A DNA stretch of 64,000 bases from a virus. Under the pieces are notes generated by a model, which did not search any database, was not told the DNA's origin, and saw nothing but the letters and a program-made list of their open reading frames with translations. The stretch is taken from IMG/VR virus record IMGVR_UViG_3300042924_005659; one strand, given 5' to 3'. The translations under genes and the position numbers were made by a program. This document shows, piece by piece, positions 43,579-51,878 of the stretch (within the stretch, counting starts at the first letter, position 1; the number at the start of each line of letters is the position of its first letter).

Positions 43579-44905
43579 AACTGATGACGTCTCTAAAAAG
43601 TACTATAATGCCTTCATCAAGCAGGTACCAATGCCAGAGTACGTAAAGTCGGCAAGTGTACTCTCCAAGGAAAACCTGCAAGACATCCCATCCGACGCTT
43701 TTGCTGACGGCCTCAACAAGAAGTTTGCCTTAAACACAAAGGCCAACTGCTGGTGCTCCGCCCTTTACTTCTACGGCAATCAGTGTAGCAGCTCTTCGAC
43801 CAGTAAACAAGCTGAAGCAAAGTTGCTTAAAGCTGCTCAGATCTGGGGCATAGCTGGCGACGTAGAACAGATTAAAAAAGCTTTTGACCTGGAAACTATT
43901 CCGGCTTCGTACGCAATCTCGTTTGAGTATCGTGGAGCCAGAGTAGAGCGTTGCCCGGATCACACCAAAGAAGCCGCTACTGCCAGTGCAGAATGGCTCT
44001 ATCAGAACAGAAGTCGGTTTCCGATTTCAATTCAAAAGCAAGCAGCCGCCAGACTGTTGTCCAAGGCAGATACTTTAAAGTTAGCCAATCAAACAGCGGT
44101 CTACTTGGACAAGCTGGCCAATCCAGAGGTCTACGCAAACATCAACTGCAAGATCGCAACGGCGATTACCGACAGGCTCAGCGCCATATCCACCATGCGT
44201 TGGGACTCTCTTGAGGACGAGCTGCTGAAGATTGCAAACGATCTCAATGCACGGCCGTTTGATATCTGCCATAGCGGAGAACTTATCTCTAGCGCGCTAG
44301 AGGCTCTGGATGTCAAGCACGGACTTAACACCAAGTGGGGTTCAGCCATTCAACATCCTGTCGATGCGTGCTTTAGAGTAAATGTCACCAAGGCAGCAGC
44401 CGTTGCCGATACAGTAATTCATCTTACGACCGGAATGCCTGTCGATCTCACCAAGATCAGCGATCACCAGCTTGAGAAGGGTTTGAAGATCGCCGGCGAT
44501 GACTTCCTGTCATACTGCCAGACCGATGGATTCAACGTGGACCGCAGCAAAGCTGCCGAGATACTGCCAACTTTGCCGAAGCCAGAAGCAAAGCGCTTCG
44601 AACAGGCCATCAAGACAGCTGGATATATTCCAGAAACTGCCTACGACTTCGTGGACAGACTGTTCAAGGAAGCTAACATGGGCATGATGATGCCTCAGCA
44701 GATGCCAGTTGACGACACTAACCCTATGCCTGGCGAAGACGATACTTCGTTCGAGGCTAGAATGAACGAGAAGAAGGAGCAGGCCAAGCTAGACGCCTTG
44801 GATGCTCAGGCCGGATTAGCAGCTGTAAAGGCCAGACAAGCCCGACAACAGCACGAACAGAACGCAGCAAACTCTCAAATGGGCATGACCCAAGGAATGC
44901 AGTAA
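43559..44905 (+). CDS. putative head-internal/scaffold-like protein rich in K-x-A
   Basis: 16 K-x-A motifs; AFADGLNKKFAL motif; Q/M-rich tail; aaggaa SD. Confidence 0.6.
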   Translation: MSRWIDITDDVSKKYYNAFIKQVPMPEYVKSASVLSKENLQDIPSDAFADGLNKKFALNTKANCWCSALYFYGNQCSSSSTSKQAEAKLLKAAQIWGIAGDVEQIKKAFDLETIPASYAISFEYRGARVERCPDHTKEAATASAEWLYQNRSRFPISIQKQAAARLLSKADTLKLANQTAVYLDKLANPEVYANINCKIATAITDRLSAISTMRWDSLEDELLKIANDLNARPFDICHSGELISSALEALDVKHGLNTKWGSAIQHPVDACFRVNVTKAAAVADTVIHLTTGMPVDLTKISDHQLEKGLKIAGDDFLSYCQTDGFNVDRSKAAEILPTLPKPEAKRFEQAIKTAGYIPETAYDFVDRLFKEANMGMMMPQQMPVDDTNPMPGEDDTSFEARMNEKKEQAKLDALDAQAGLAAVKARQARQQHEQNAANSQMGMTQGMQ

Positions 44906-45198
44906 TGATTAAAGTAGCAAGCAACTTAACTGCGCTAGCTTTAATTAAAGCTTCTGCAAACCAAGGAGAAGGTCCTTGGCAATTATATGGTCTAAAAAAT
45001 AGAAAGAAAATCAATCTAAAGTTTCCATACTCTCCTGACGATTTCTACGAAACAATGAGCGATGATGACTTCTCGCAAAAGTTGAACGCAACAATTAACG
45101 CTATAGATACAGCGCTTATGAAAGGCAAATTTCCTGAGCCAGCTCGCCAGCAACTCGGCAGCCTCTTGCTCAATGACTTTCTAAGTAAAGTTAAATAA
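44905..45198 (+). CDS. hypothetical protein with MIKVASN leader
   Basis: Shares base 44905 with upstream stop; N-terminus shared with 46865. Confidence 0.7.
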   Translation: MIKVASNLTALALIKASANQGEGPWQLYGLKNRKKINLKFPYSPDDFYETMSDDDFSQKLNATINAIDTALMKGKFPEPARQQLGSLLLNDFLSKVK

Positions 45199-45203
45199 AA
45201 GTA

Positions 45204-45905
45204 ATGCCTGTAAAATCCGTAACATCTAAGCAAACCTATGAGCAACTCTGGCGCAGTCGTGATACCGTCGGGACCACGCTCCTCGTTATGGTCTTGGACT
45301 CGTACGGCCAGGAAATCTTTGATATGGACCCAGAAGCCTTCCGCCAAGAAATTGAGGAAGGTTTCGGGGTATCCGATATTCCAGCTATCAGTACAGACAA
45401 AGTTTGGTCTCTTTGGACTTCCCTTACGTCCGACCTCGTTCACTCGGACGTATCGACATTCATGAACACGGCAAATGTGCTTAACGGTACTCCGCTAAGC
45501 TACGATGTGTTTGATATTGCCGATGTCTATGAATGCGCCTGGGCAATCACCGAATTGACCATGCTGGACAGCAGCACGCCAGAACGCCTGGGCTCCGATG
45601 TCCGTAGGTACATTGGAGAAGTGTGCAAGGAGCAGGGTTTATACCGGCCTCCGCAAGTACTAGCCAAGGTTGCCGATATGGGACCTGGTGACTACGCAGC
45701 AAACGTGGAATCTAACGCGGATACCTCGGAAGCTATGCAGATCATGATTCAGGATCAGCTGGCTTTTCAGGAAGACGTAAAGGCATACGTGGAAAGACGG
45801 CTGGCAAAAATGATGCTAGAGCTTAACAACGCTCCTTTGGTAAACAAAGACAACGGAGCTTGGAACAAATTCGTACAGAACTTCGCCAACGGACTCAGCA
45901 AATGA
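45204..45905 (+). CDS. hypothetical protein (233 aa, acidic, helical)
   Basis: Operon-packed ORF. Confidence 0.8.
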   Translation: MPVKSVTSKQTYEQLWRSRDTVGTTLLVMVLDSYGQEIFDMDPEAFRQEIEEGFGVSDIPAISTDKVWSLWTSLTSDLVHSDVSTFMNTANVLNGTPLSYDVFDIADVYECAWAITELTMLDSSTPERLGSDVRRYIGEVCKEQGLYRPPQVLAKVADMGPGDYAANVESNADTSEAMQIMIQDQLAFQEDVKAYVERRLAKMMLELNNAPLVNKDNGAWNKFVQNFANGLSK

Positions 45906-46813
45906 TTTCAATTAGCCACAACATTACAACAATGTTACTAAAGCAGGCCGAAGCCAAGCGTGAGGCCAGCAAGGAGAAGTCTCTGCACGACTGGTTCAGT
46001 CGTAAGGGCGAAAAGGGCTCTAGGGGCGGCTGGGTGGACTGCAATGCACCGGATGGATCCGGAGGCTACAAGGCCTGCGGACGGTCTTCTGGCGAGGAGC
46101 GAGGAGATTATCCTGCATGTCGTCCGACTCCTGGAGCATGCAAGGAAAAGGGCAGAGGTGACAGCTGGGGCAAGAAGTCCGAAGAAGAAAAGAAAAAGGA
46201 CGATGCCTGCACTCGTAAGGTAAAGGCCAGATATGACGTATGGCCCTCGGCCTATGCCTCAGGTGCGGTAACCAAGTGCCGTGAGGTTGGAGCTGACAAC
46301 TGGGGCAATAAGACCAAAGAGGCCAACACCTTTGCCTCAGATACTATCCTAGATGTACCCATCAAGTGCACTCCTGGATTTGGCTGCAAGAGATACTTTA
46401 CGCCAGAAGAGCAGCTTGAAGTCGACAGAGCTAAGGCTCAGATGTTCCCAATGCTGTTTCCCACTGAGGCAGATCCAATCTCCAGCCAACTGTCCAGTCC
46501 AACCTGGGCCGGGCTAGGAACTGGACTCATGGGCGCTCTACTAGGCGCAGGCGCTGGTGCAGGCACTGGAGCCCTACTGGAGAAGAGTGCTCCTCTAGGT
46601 GCCTTGATTGGCGGTACAGCTGGAGGCCTAGGCGGATTGCTGTATGGCTATGGAAGCCGAACCAGAAAGAACAAAGAGATCGAAGACCTGATGGAAGATC
46701 TTCCTGTAGGAGCCGACCTAGGAGACGTCGAGCTCTTCAGCGACCCTAGACTAAAGGCTCAGATGGCCAGAGACTTCCAGCGCCAGCTAGTAAGAAAAGG
46801 CTTGATGGGCTAA
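45902..46813 (+). CDS. putative virion-internal protein: Cys/Trp mini-domains plus glycine zipper (303 aa)
   Basis: Start re-called to 45902 (ATGA overlap); DWF..WVD..CGR..YPACRP; DAC..KVKARY.VWPSAYASG; GxxxG repeats. Confidence 0.7.
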   Translation: MISISHNITTMLLKQAEAKREASKEKSLHDWFSRKGEKGSRGGWVDCNAPDGSGGYKACGRSSGEERGDYPACRPTPGACKEKGRGDSWGKKSEEEKKKDDACTRKVKARYDVWPSAYASGAVTKCREVGADNWGNKTKEANTFASDTILDVPIKCTPGFGCKRYFTPEEQLEVDRAKAQMFPMLFPTEADPISSQLSSPTWAGLGTGLMGALLGAGAGAGTGALLEKSAPLGALIGGTAGGLGGLLYGYGSRTRKNKEIEDLMEDLPVGADLGDVELFSDPRLKAQMARDFQRQLVRKGLMG

Positions 46814-46894
46814 TTAAAGTAGCAAACAGTATTCAGCGTCAGCTAATAATAAAGGACTAATAAGATGATTAAAGTAGCAAACAATATTCAGCGT
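46813..46894 (+). repeat. 27-bp tandem direct repeat (1 mismatch); third 13-bp copy at 44908-44920
   Basis: attaaagtagcaaacaRtattcagcgt at 46813-46839 and 46868-46894; atgattaaagtagcaa identical at 44905 and 46865. Confidence 0.85.
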
Positions 46895-47461
46895 ATGCTT
46901 AAGAAGGCCGGTAGGCCGCAAGTAGATAACCCCAACAAGGCTCCCGTATATTTCCCTATACTAAATCCAAGTAGCAATCAGCTGGCCAATTACGGTATTT
47001 ATGCCGGAGGTGGCGGTTTAGCAGGTGCGGGTATAGGCACTTTGATTAATGCATTGCGAGGACAGTCTAAACTCAAGGGTGCTCTTATGGGTGCATTAAT
47101 TGGAGCTGGTAGCGGCGCAGCAGTTAAAGGCATAGGAGACTACTCCCTAGATAGGCATGTTATCGATAAAGAGGGGAAAAAGTATCCAAATCTAACTAAG
47201 GCCTTGGACTCTCTTGGGGTTTCTCCAAGCCAGGTATACCGAGCTAATAAAGAGCGCATAGACGCTGAACCGGACAAGATCGATATGCCGCTAACCCGAG
47301 ACGAGGAATGGGTAGAGTCTGGGTTTGACCCTGCAACAATGACCTTAATACGTCCCGAGTGGCTACCGAGTTGGGTGCCCACAGCAGGGATCTATACAGA
47401 CGAGCACGCCGACTACTATAGAGAAAAGTACGCGCCGAAGGCGAAGCCCAGTCAAGAATAA
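46865..47461 (+). CDS. glycine-zipper protein with MIKVANN leader
   Basis: GGGGLAGAGIGTLI..GALMGALIGAGSGA. Confidence 0.75.
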   Translation: MIKVANNIQRMLKKAGRPQVDNPNKAPVYFPILNPSSNQLANYGIYAGGGGLAGAGIGTLINALRGQSKLKGALMGALIGAGSGAAVKGIGDYSLDRHVIDKEGKKYPNLTKALDSLGVSPSQVYRANKERIDAEPDKIDMPLTRDEEWVESGFDPATMTLIRPEWLPSWVPTAGIYTDEHADYYREKYAPKAKPSQE

Positions 47462-47500
47462 TACAAGACCTGCTGGTATAAAACCTAAGTGCTATATAAA

Positions 47501-47530
47501 CAAAACCCAGGGCTTTGGCCCTGGGTTTTG
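47501..47530. terminator. bidirectional intrinsic terminator
   Basis: caaaacccaggg-ctttgg-ccctgggttttg between convergent genes. Confidence 0.8.
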
Positions 47531-47607
47531 CTATTTGTAGTACCGACATGCGAGCGGAGAGAACGTCTCTCCTAAATAGGACTCATCGGCCTACAGTAGT
47601 TAGTATA

Positions 47608-47940
47608 TCAGCGGTTTCTGGGCTCGCCAAATTCAAAGTTTGCCACAACGACGCCGGCTTCGGTAACGATGACCTCGGCTTCGCCAGCTACCGGGAATAC
47701 GGTCTCTACGCCGTCAGCGGCGACTTGAGCGTATTCGGCCTGGACAAGGACCTTGGCGACGCCAACTGGACCCTTGGAAGCTACTACTGCTTTTGCTGCG
47801 TCTTCTACGCTTACGGCAACATCAATGATGGTTGCGTCAGAAACGCTCCATACGATATTGCGGACTTGGACGTCTGCGCCACTGGTGAACTTAAACGATA
47901 CTGTTACGTCGACTTCTTGAATGTTGCTAATGCTGGCCAT
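47608..47940 (-). CDS. Ig-like (Big_2-type) domain protein
   Basis: Val-rich beta pattern, IVWSVSDATIIDV. Confidence 0.6.
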   Translation of the reverse strand: MASISNIQEVDVTVSFKFTSGADVQVRNIVWSVSDATIIDVAVSVEDAAKAVVASKGPVGVAKVLVQAEYAQVAADGVETVFPVAGEAEVIVTEAGVVVANFEFGEPRNR

Positions 47941-47941
47941 G

Positions 47942-48109
47942 TTATCCCCTGCTCCTTGGAGTGCCGAATTTGAGAGCTATGGATATATGCGGGCACTTTC
48001 GCTTATATCGTGCCATAACTATATCATAAATCATCTCAAATATCACGGCCATATTTAACAGCGTGGTCAAGATCAGCAGGCCCATAAATACCAAACTCAT
48101 CGTATCCAT
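47942..48109 (-). CDS. 55-aa single-pass membrane protein (not in ORF track)
   Basis: MDTMSLVFMGLLILTTLLNMAVIFEMIYDIVMARYKRK...; exactly fills the gap. Confidence 0.6.
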   Translation of the reverse strand: MDTMSLVFMGLLILTTLLNMAVIFEMIYDIVMARYKRKCPHISIALKFGTPRSRG

Positions 48110-48114
48110 ATGTG

Positions 48115-48414
48115 TCACCTAGGGTTAGCTCTTTTTTGTGGTACTGAGTCTACGTCTATCCGTGCGCCTAGTTTGTGTAAAACTTTTGCTATGTCGTAGG
48201 CTGCCTTATCTATAGCTTCCTCATCCATGTCCCAGAAGCAGCCGTGTAGGCATTCGTGCAACAGCACCTCAAGTACCTCTGCTTGCTTTGACAACTTGTT
48301 TGAAAGCTTTATGCGCTTCTTGACATAGGAGGGCGGATCTATCTCTCCGCGAATATTTGCTTGGAGATCCGTCCTTACCAACTCCCACGTGTTGTTACGC
48401 AACTTCACTTTCAT
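48115..48414 (-). CDS. small HExxH metallopeptidase-like protein
   Basis: EVLLHECLHG..EE. Confidence 0.7.
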   Translation of the reverse strand: MKVKLRNNTWELVRTDLQANIRGEIDPPSYVKKRIKLSNKLSKQAEVLEVLLHECLHGCFWDMDEEAIDKAAYDIAKVLHKLGARIDVDSVPQKRANPR

Positions 48415-48422
48415 TGTTAGCC

Positions 48423-48716
48423 TCAGAGCCAGAATATTACTGCCATCTTCTTGGCTTCGTTGGGTTGCTCAAACAGCGGTTGAGCTTTAACCAGATCGTA
48501 AACCAAGTCGTGCTTGTACACCAGATACCGGTTATTGACTATTGAAAATTTAGTTGGAAGCACGGACTCCAACTGAAGCTGACGCATTATGTCCGCAATG
48601 ATTGCTATATCAAATCCGGATAGCTTAAGTGCCTCGCAGACAGGGAGCAGCTTGGCCTCCCACTCGGGCTTATGGACGAACAGCTTCTCTTCGGACTTTG
48701 ACAACGTGGTGCTCAT
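48423..48716 (-). CDS. hypothetical protein (97 aa)
   Basis: 4-nt overlap with upstream ORF. Confidence 0.7.
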   Translation of the reverse strand: MSTTLSKSEEKLFVHKPEWEAKLLPVCEALKLSGFDIAIIADIMRQLQLESVLPTKFSIVNNRYLVYKHDLVYDLVKAQPLFEQPNEAKKMAVIFWL

Positions 48717-48976
48717 ACGCGAATGGAGTTTCTATTCCATTGGCTTGGCAGCAGAAGCCAGTGGCCTTGGAACGAGTAAGGTCCTTCGATCTTTGCATCT
48801 GCGTTAGGTATAAACTTATTCATGCCGTAGCCCTGAAGCCCAGACTCTTTAACGTAATTAAAGACCATTCTTTGAGCCTCAGGAGAAGTCAGCGCCAACG
48901 AGGACGGACCTTCTACGAAGACGCATAGTCCGTCATTCGTAACTTCGTGCTTTTTATTCGGACAGATTCTGACCAT
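48713..48976 (-). CDS. hypothetical protein (87 aa)
   Basis: Operon-packed ORF. Confidence 0.65.
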   Translation of the reverse strand: MVRICPNKKHEVTNDGLCVFVEGPSSLALTSPEAQRMVFNYVKESGLQGYGMNKFIPNADAKIEGPYSFQGHWLLLPSQWNRNSIRV

Positions 48977-49874
48977 TAGATTGCTCCTTTATCATCGCAG
49001 AGATATCGACTTCTGCAGTGACGTACTTCTGTACGGCAGAGTGTACTGCAGGGTTTACTTCCTTCAACTTGCTGTCTAACTTAATCAGTAGCTCCAGGGT
49101 CTTACCTTCTTTCATGGCCTTTTGCTTGAACCCATGCAAGTGCGTGAGCTTAAGGTCACCCTCTCCTCTTTGTATATTCTCTTCCGTAAGCAGCGTGGTA
49201 ATAGGTACTTTCATCCTATCTTGAATCAGGTAACTAACCCACATCTGCTCTACCAAGGCAATACTTCTTTCAAAGGCAGATTTCTGCTGTTCCGTTGCGT
49301 CTCGCATATAGTTGCGGTCCTGCAGATATTCATCTATGAATTCAGCGTACTGATTTATTGCTTGCCAGTTCTGACCTCCGAATATTGCCATGTTTATCGG
49401 CATTCGGTTAGTCCAGTGAGTTTCTCTCAATGCAGGTAAGGATATACCTGCCTCTAAAAGCTCTTTTCTATACAGTTCGTACTTGTACCATAAGAATGTC
49501 TCGGAGTGGAATCCGACTACCTCGTTATCCAAAAACCCCGCTGGTAACGGCTCCCATAGAAATATGTCGTTATCGAAATGTACGAATGGCTCTTTGATAG
49601 TTTGGTAAGTATGTAGTTTGCTTTGAATCCAAACGCAAGGATCGGAATTAAAAGATTTTCCTACTGATAATATGCTGCTATACGGTAGCTGGCACTCTTC
49701 GGCCAATTCTTTACCTGCGTCGTCCGTGATCAAGGTAAAATCATCATGGTGCTTTCGTATGGTTGCAGCTGACAATGCCATTATGTAGACCGCTGGCTTT
49801 ATAAGTTCCCTACCGCCAATCATATCTAGATAAGGTAAGAACTTGTCCGCCCTAAATGAGTGAAATGCCTTCAT
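48954..49874 (-). CDS. glycosyltransferase-like protein (DUF6734-type, GT-A DxD)
   Basis: LITDD.GK, W..SKL..Y, EPFVHFDNDIFLW, NMAIFGG, EQ, HLHG. Confidence 0.7.
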   Translation of the reverse strand: MKAFHSFRADKFLPYLDMIGGRELIKPAVYIMALSAATIRKHHDDFTLITDDAGKELAEECQLPYSSILSVGKSFNSDPCVWIQSKLHTYQTIKEPFVHFDNDIFLWEPLPAGFLDNEVVGFHSETFLWYKYELYRKELLEAGISLPALRETHWTNRMPINMAIFGGQNWQAINQYAEFIDEYLQDRNYMRDATEQQKSAFERSIALVEQMWVSYLIQDRMKVPITTLLTEENIQRGEGDLKLTHLHGFKQKAMKEGKTLELLIKLDSKLKEVNPAVHSAVQKYVTAEVDISAMIKEQSNGQNLSE

Positions 49875-50902
49875 AGTTGATTGTATCCATATCCAAAAAA
49901 CAACAAGGTATTTTGTCGATAAGTGCCAGTACTAGGATCGTATATGAGCCCTTTAAGATAGTTGCCTTCTGCGGAGTTTTCCATATTACCGTAGGTAGAG
50001 CGTTGCTGCGCTTGAAAAGCGGTACATCCTGGAGATGTAGGGGCTAGCGGACATGGACATATATTAGCAGGGGGCCCTTGAGAGCATGGAGGCATGCACG
50101 CATAGCCCTCACAAGTTCCGGACAGACAATCGTTGCAACATGTAGTTATGCCAGGCGGGCAGGATGCCGCCCACCCTTCCGGAATACCATCTCCTGGATT
50201 GGGATCTCCGTAGGCGGCTGAGTCCGAATAATAGCAACTAGAACAGCATAGAGTAGTTATGCCTACGCTAAGCTCAGCATCGCACTCATCGCAGTTGGAG
50301 ACGGGTCCGCACACCGTTCCATTTTGCCCATTTCCCGAAGTAGGAACTGCGGGGCAAGGCTCACAACTAGCGCTGGTTATACAGCCATTCACTATAGTCC
50401 TACAGCAGCATAGTTCGATTGGCGGCGGAGTACAGCAGTCTTTCGGCTCACACTGCGGAACAGGAGGACAAGTACCGTCCTCTGATATTACACAGCCGCT
50501 AATGATAGGCTCGCACGGTCCGCATATCCAATTAGGACATATCCCCTGACCGCCGCTGCATGCCTCTTCTGCTTCTGGACTATCGCATTTTACGTCCGCA
50601 AAGTAAGACGCTTGGCAATCAATTACATCTTGCTCCACGAAACCGCCTGGGCCGGGTGTAGCCCCGTCAGGCTGAGGAGTAGTACCTTGTACAAGTATCT
50701 GGCAATTGCAGTCTTCCTCTTTTGCTACACAGTATCTAAACTTTTGAGACCAGGTAACAGTCTGAGGATCCCCGGGCACCATGCCGCAATTTTCGGGGTC
50801 TTCCTCTGAGGTAGGGCAAACTTTAGACAAAGTTACACTTAAACAACACAGGTTCAATCCCTGGTCGCAACAACATACAATTGCCGGATTAAAAACGCCC
50901 AT
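49871..50902 (-). CDS. Cys/Pro-rich protein (about 43 Cys in 343 aa)
   Basis: CCC, CC and CxxC clusters throughout. Confidence 0.75.
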   Translation of the reverse strand: MGVFNPAIVCCCDQGLNLCCLSVTLSKVCPTSEEDPENCGMVPGDPQTVTWSQKFRYCVAKEEDCNCQILVQGTTPQPDGATPGPGGFVEQDVIDCQASYFADVKCDSPEAEEACSGGQGICPNWICGPCEPIISGCVISEDGTCPPVPQCEPKDCCTPPPIELCCCRTIVNGCITSASCEPCPAVPTSGNGQNGTVCGPVSNCDECDAELSVGITTLCCSSCYYSDSAAYGDPNPGDGIPEGWAASCPPGITTCCNDCLSGTCEGYACMPPCSQGPPANICPCPLAPTSPGCTAFQAQQRSTYGNMENSAEGNYLKGLIYDPSTGTYRQNTLLFFGYGYNQL

Positions 50903-51186
50903 CAGCGCTCTATGAAACTAAGTCCGTTTGGAAAAACCAGGACTTCAACCCCTAAGGCTTTCTTAATTCTATCTAGCTCTAGCTCGGAGGATCCCTGAAG
51001 CTGAGCCAGCAGCTGATTTACAGCGTCGCTCATGCGTTTTCTTTTTGCGCAAGCTGAGCAGCCTTGAGCGGAGGTCTCTGTCTCGACGGCATCGTAGGCA
51101 GCCTTGATGACCGGACTTACGGCTCTTACCTCTGCGTTGTTTAGTAGCCCGTGTACCGTAGAGTACGTCATTGCAAACTTCTTCAT
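50902..51186 (-). CDS. small CxxC protein
   Basis: QGCSACAKRKR. Confidence 0.7.
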   Translation of the reverse strand: MKKFAMTYSTVHGLLNNAEVRAVSPVIKAAYDAVETETSAQGCSACAKRKRMSDAVNQLLAQLQGSSELELDRIKKALGVEVLVFPNGLSFIER

Positions 51187-51195
51187 GTTATTACC

Positions 51196-51600
51196 TTAAA
51201 ATGAGGGCGAGTTGTGTGTTTCCGATCTTCGGTTTGTGTACTTAGTAAGTATAGATATGTCTTCTGATAGTATGTCTATCTGGTTCTTCATTAAACTAAT
51301 TGCATCGTTTAATGTCTGTTGGTTGTAGAAAACCAGATTCCACGCGTTAGCTCTATAGAAATCCTGCCCTGCATTAGGGGCAGCCTTTCTAAACATAGAG
51401 AAATCCACGGCCTTAACAATACCGTAAAAAACGTCTACTGGTCCTTCTAAATCGTTCTTACGTTTAATTAAAAGCAAATTGCCGTCAACGAAAGAACCCG
51501 TAGTGCCGCTGACACCAGTAGTGATCTGAACTCTATAGTGAGGATCTTGATTTCCCTCTCTAACAGTAGTAGTTATGAAATTTATAGATAGGTTGGCCAT
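51196..51600 (-). CDS. hypothetical protein in tail cluster
   Basis: Operon-packed ORF. Confidence 0.7.
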   Translation of the reverse strand: MANLSINFITTTVREGNQDPHYRVQITTGVSGTTGSFVDGNLLLIKRKNDLEGPVDVFYGIVKAVDFSMFRKAAPNAGQDFYRANAWNLVFYNQQTLNDAISLMKNQIDILSEDISILTKYTNRRSETHNSPSF

Positions 51601-51878
51601 TAATAAGATCCTCCGTCTAGAACGTCTTTAGCCGGAGTTGCTTCGTATCTGCCAGTAGTGGCATTGAATACGAGCAGATCTCCGTCCAACGATCCAGATA
51701 GACTAAATTGACTGTTGAGTGCAGTCAAATCTATGACTGACCCGGTTATATTTAACGTAAATAGTTTTCCGTCAGCCAGGTTTAAAGCAAGCTCTCCAGG
51801 ATACAGTTCCGCCGGAGTAGGAACTACTCCAGCTTGAATTGAATATCTCTGAATTGTGCTTTTAAACTCGATTGGCAT
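51600..51878 (-). CDS. small tail-fibre N-terminal-like domain protein
   Basis: PTPAELYPGELALNLADGKLF and LDGGSY, typical tail-fibre motifs. Confidence 0.65.
   Translation of the reverse strand: MPIEFKSTIQRYSIQAGVVPTPAELYPGELALNLADGKLFTLNITGSVIDLTALNSQFSLSGSLDGDLLVFNATTGRYEATPAKDVLDGGSY

Noticed and set aside
43572-43609. TTGACA ... TATAAT sigma70-like promoter
   Set aside because: Spacer is 26 nt rather than about 17, and it lies inside a CDS
50849-50870. ggttcaatcc, resembling a tRNA T-loop
   Set aside because: No acceptor, D or anticodon arms; lies antisense within the Cys-rich CDS
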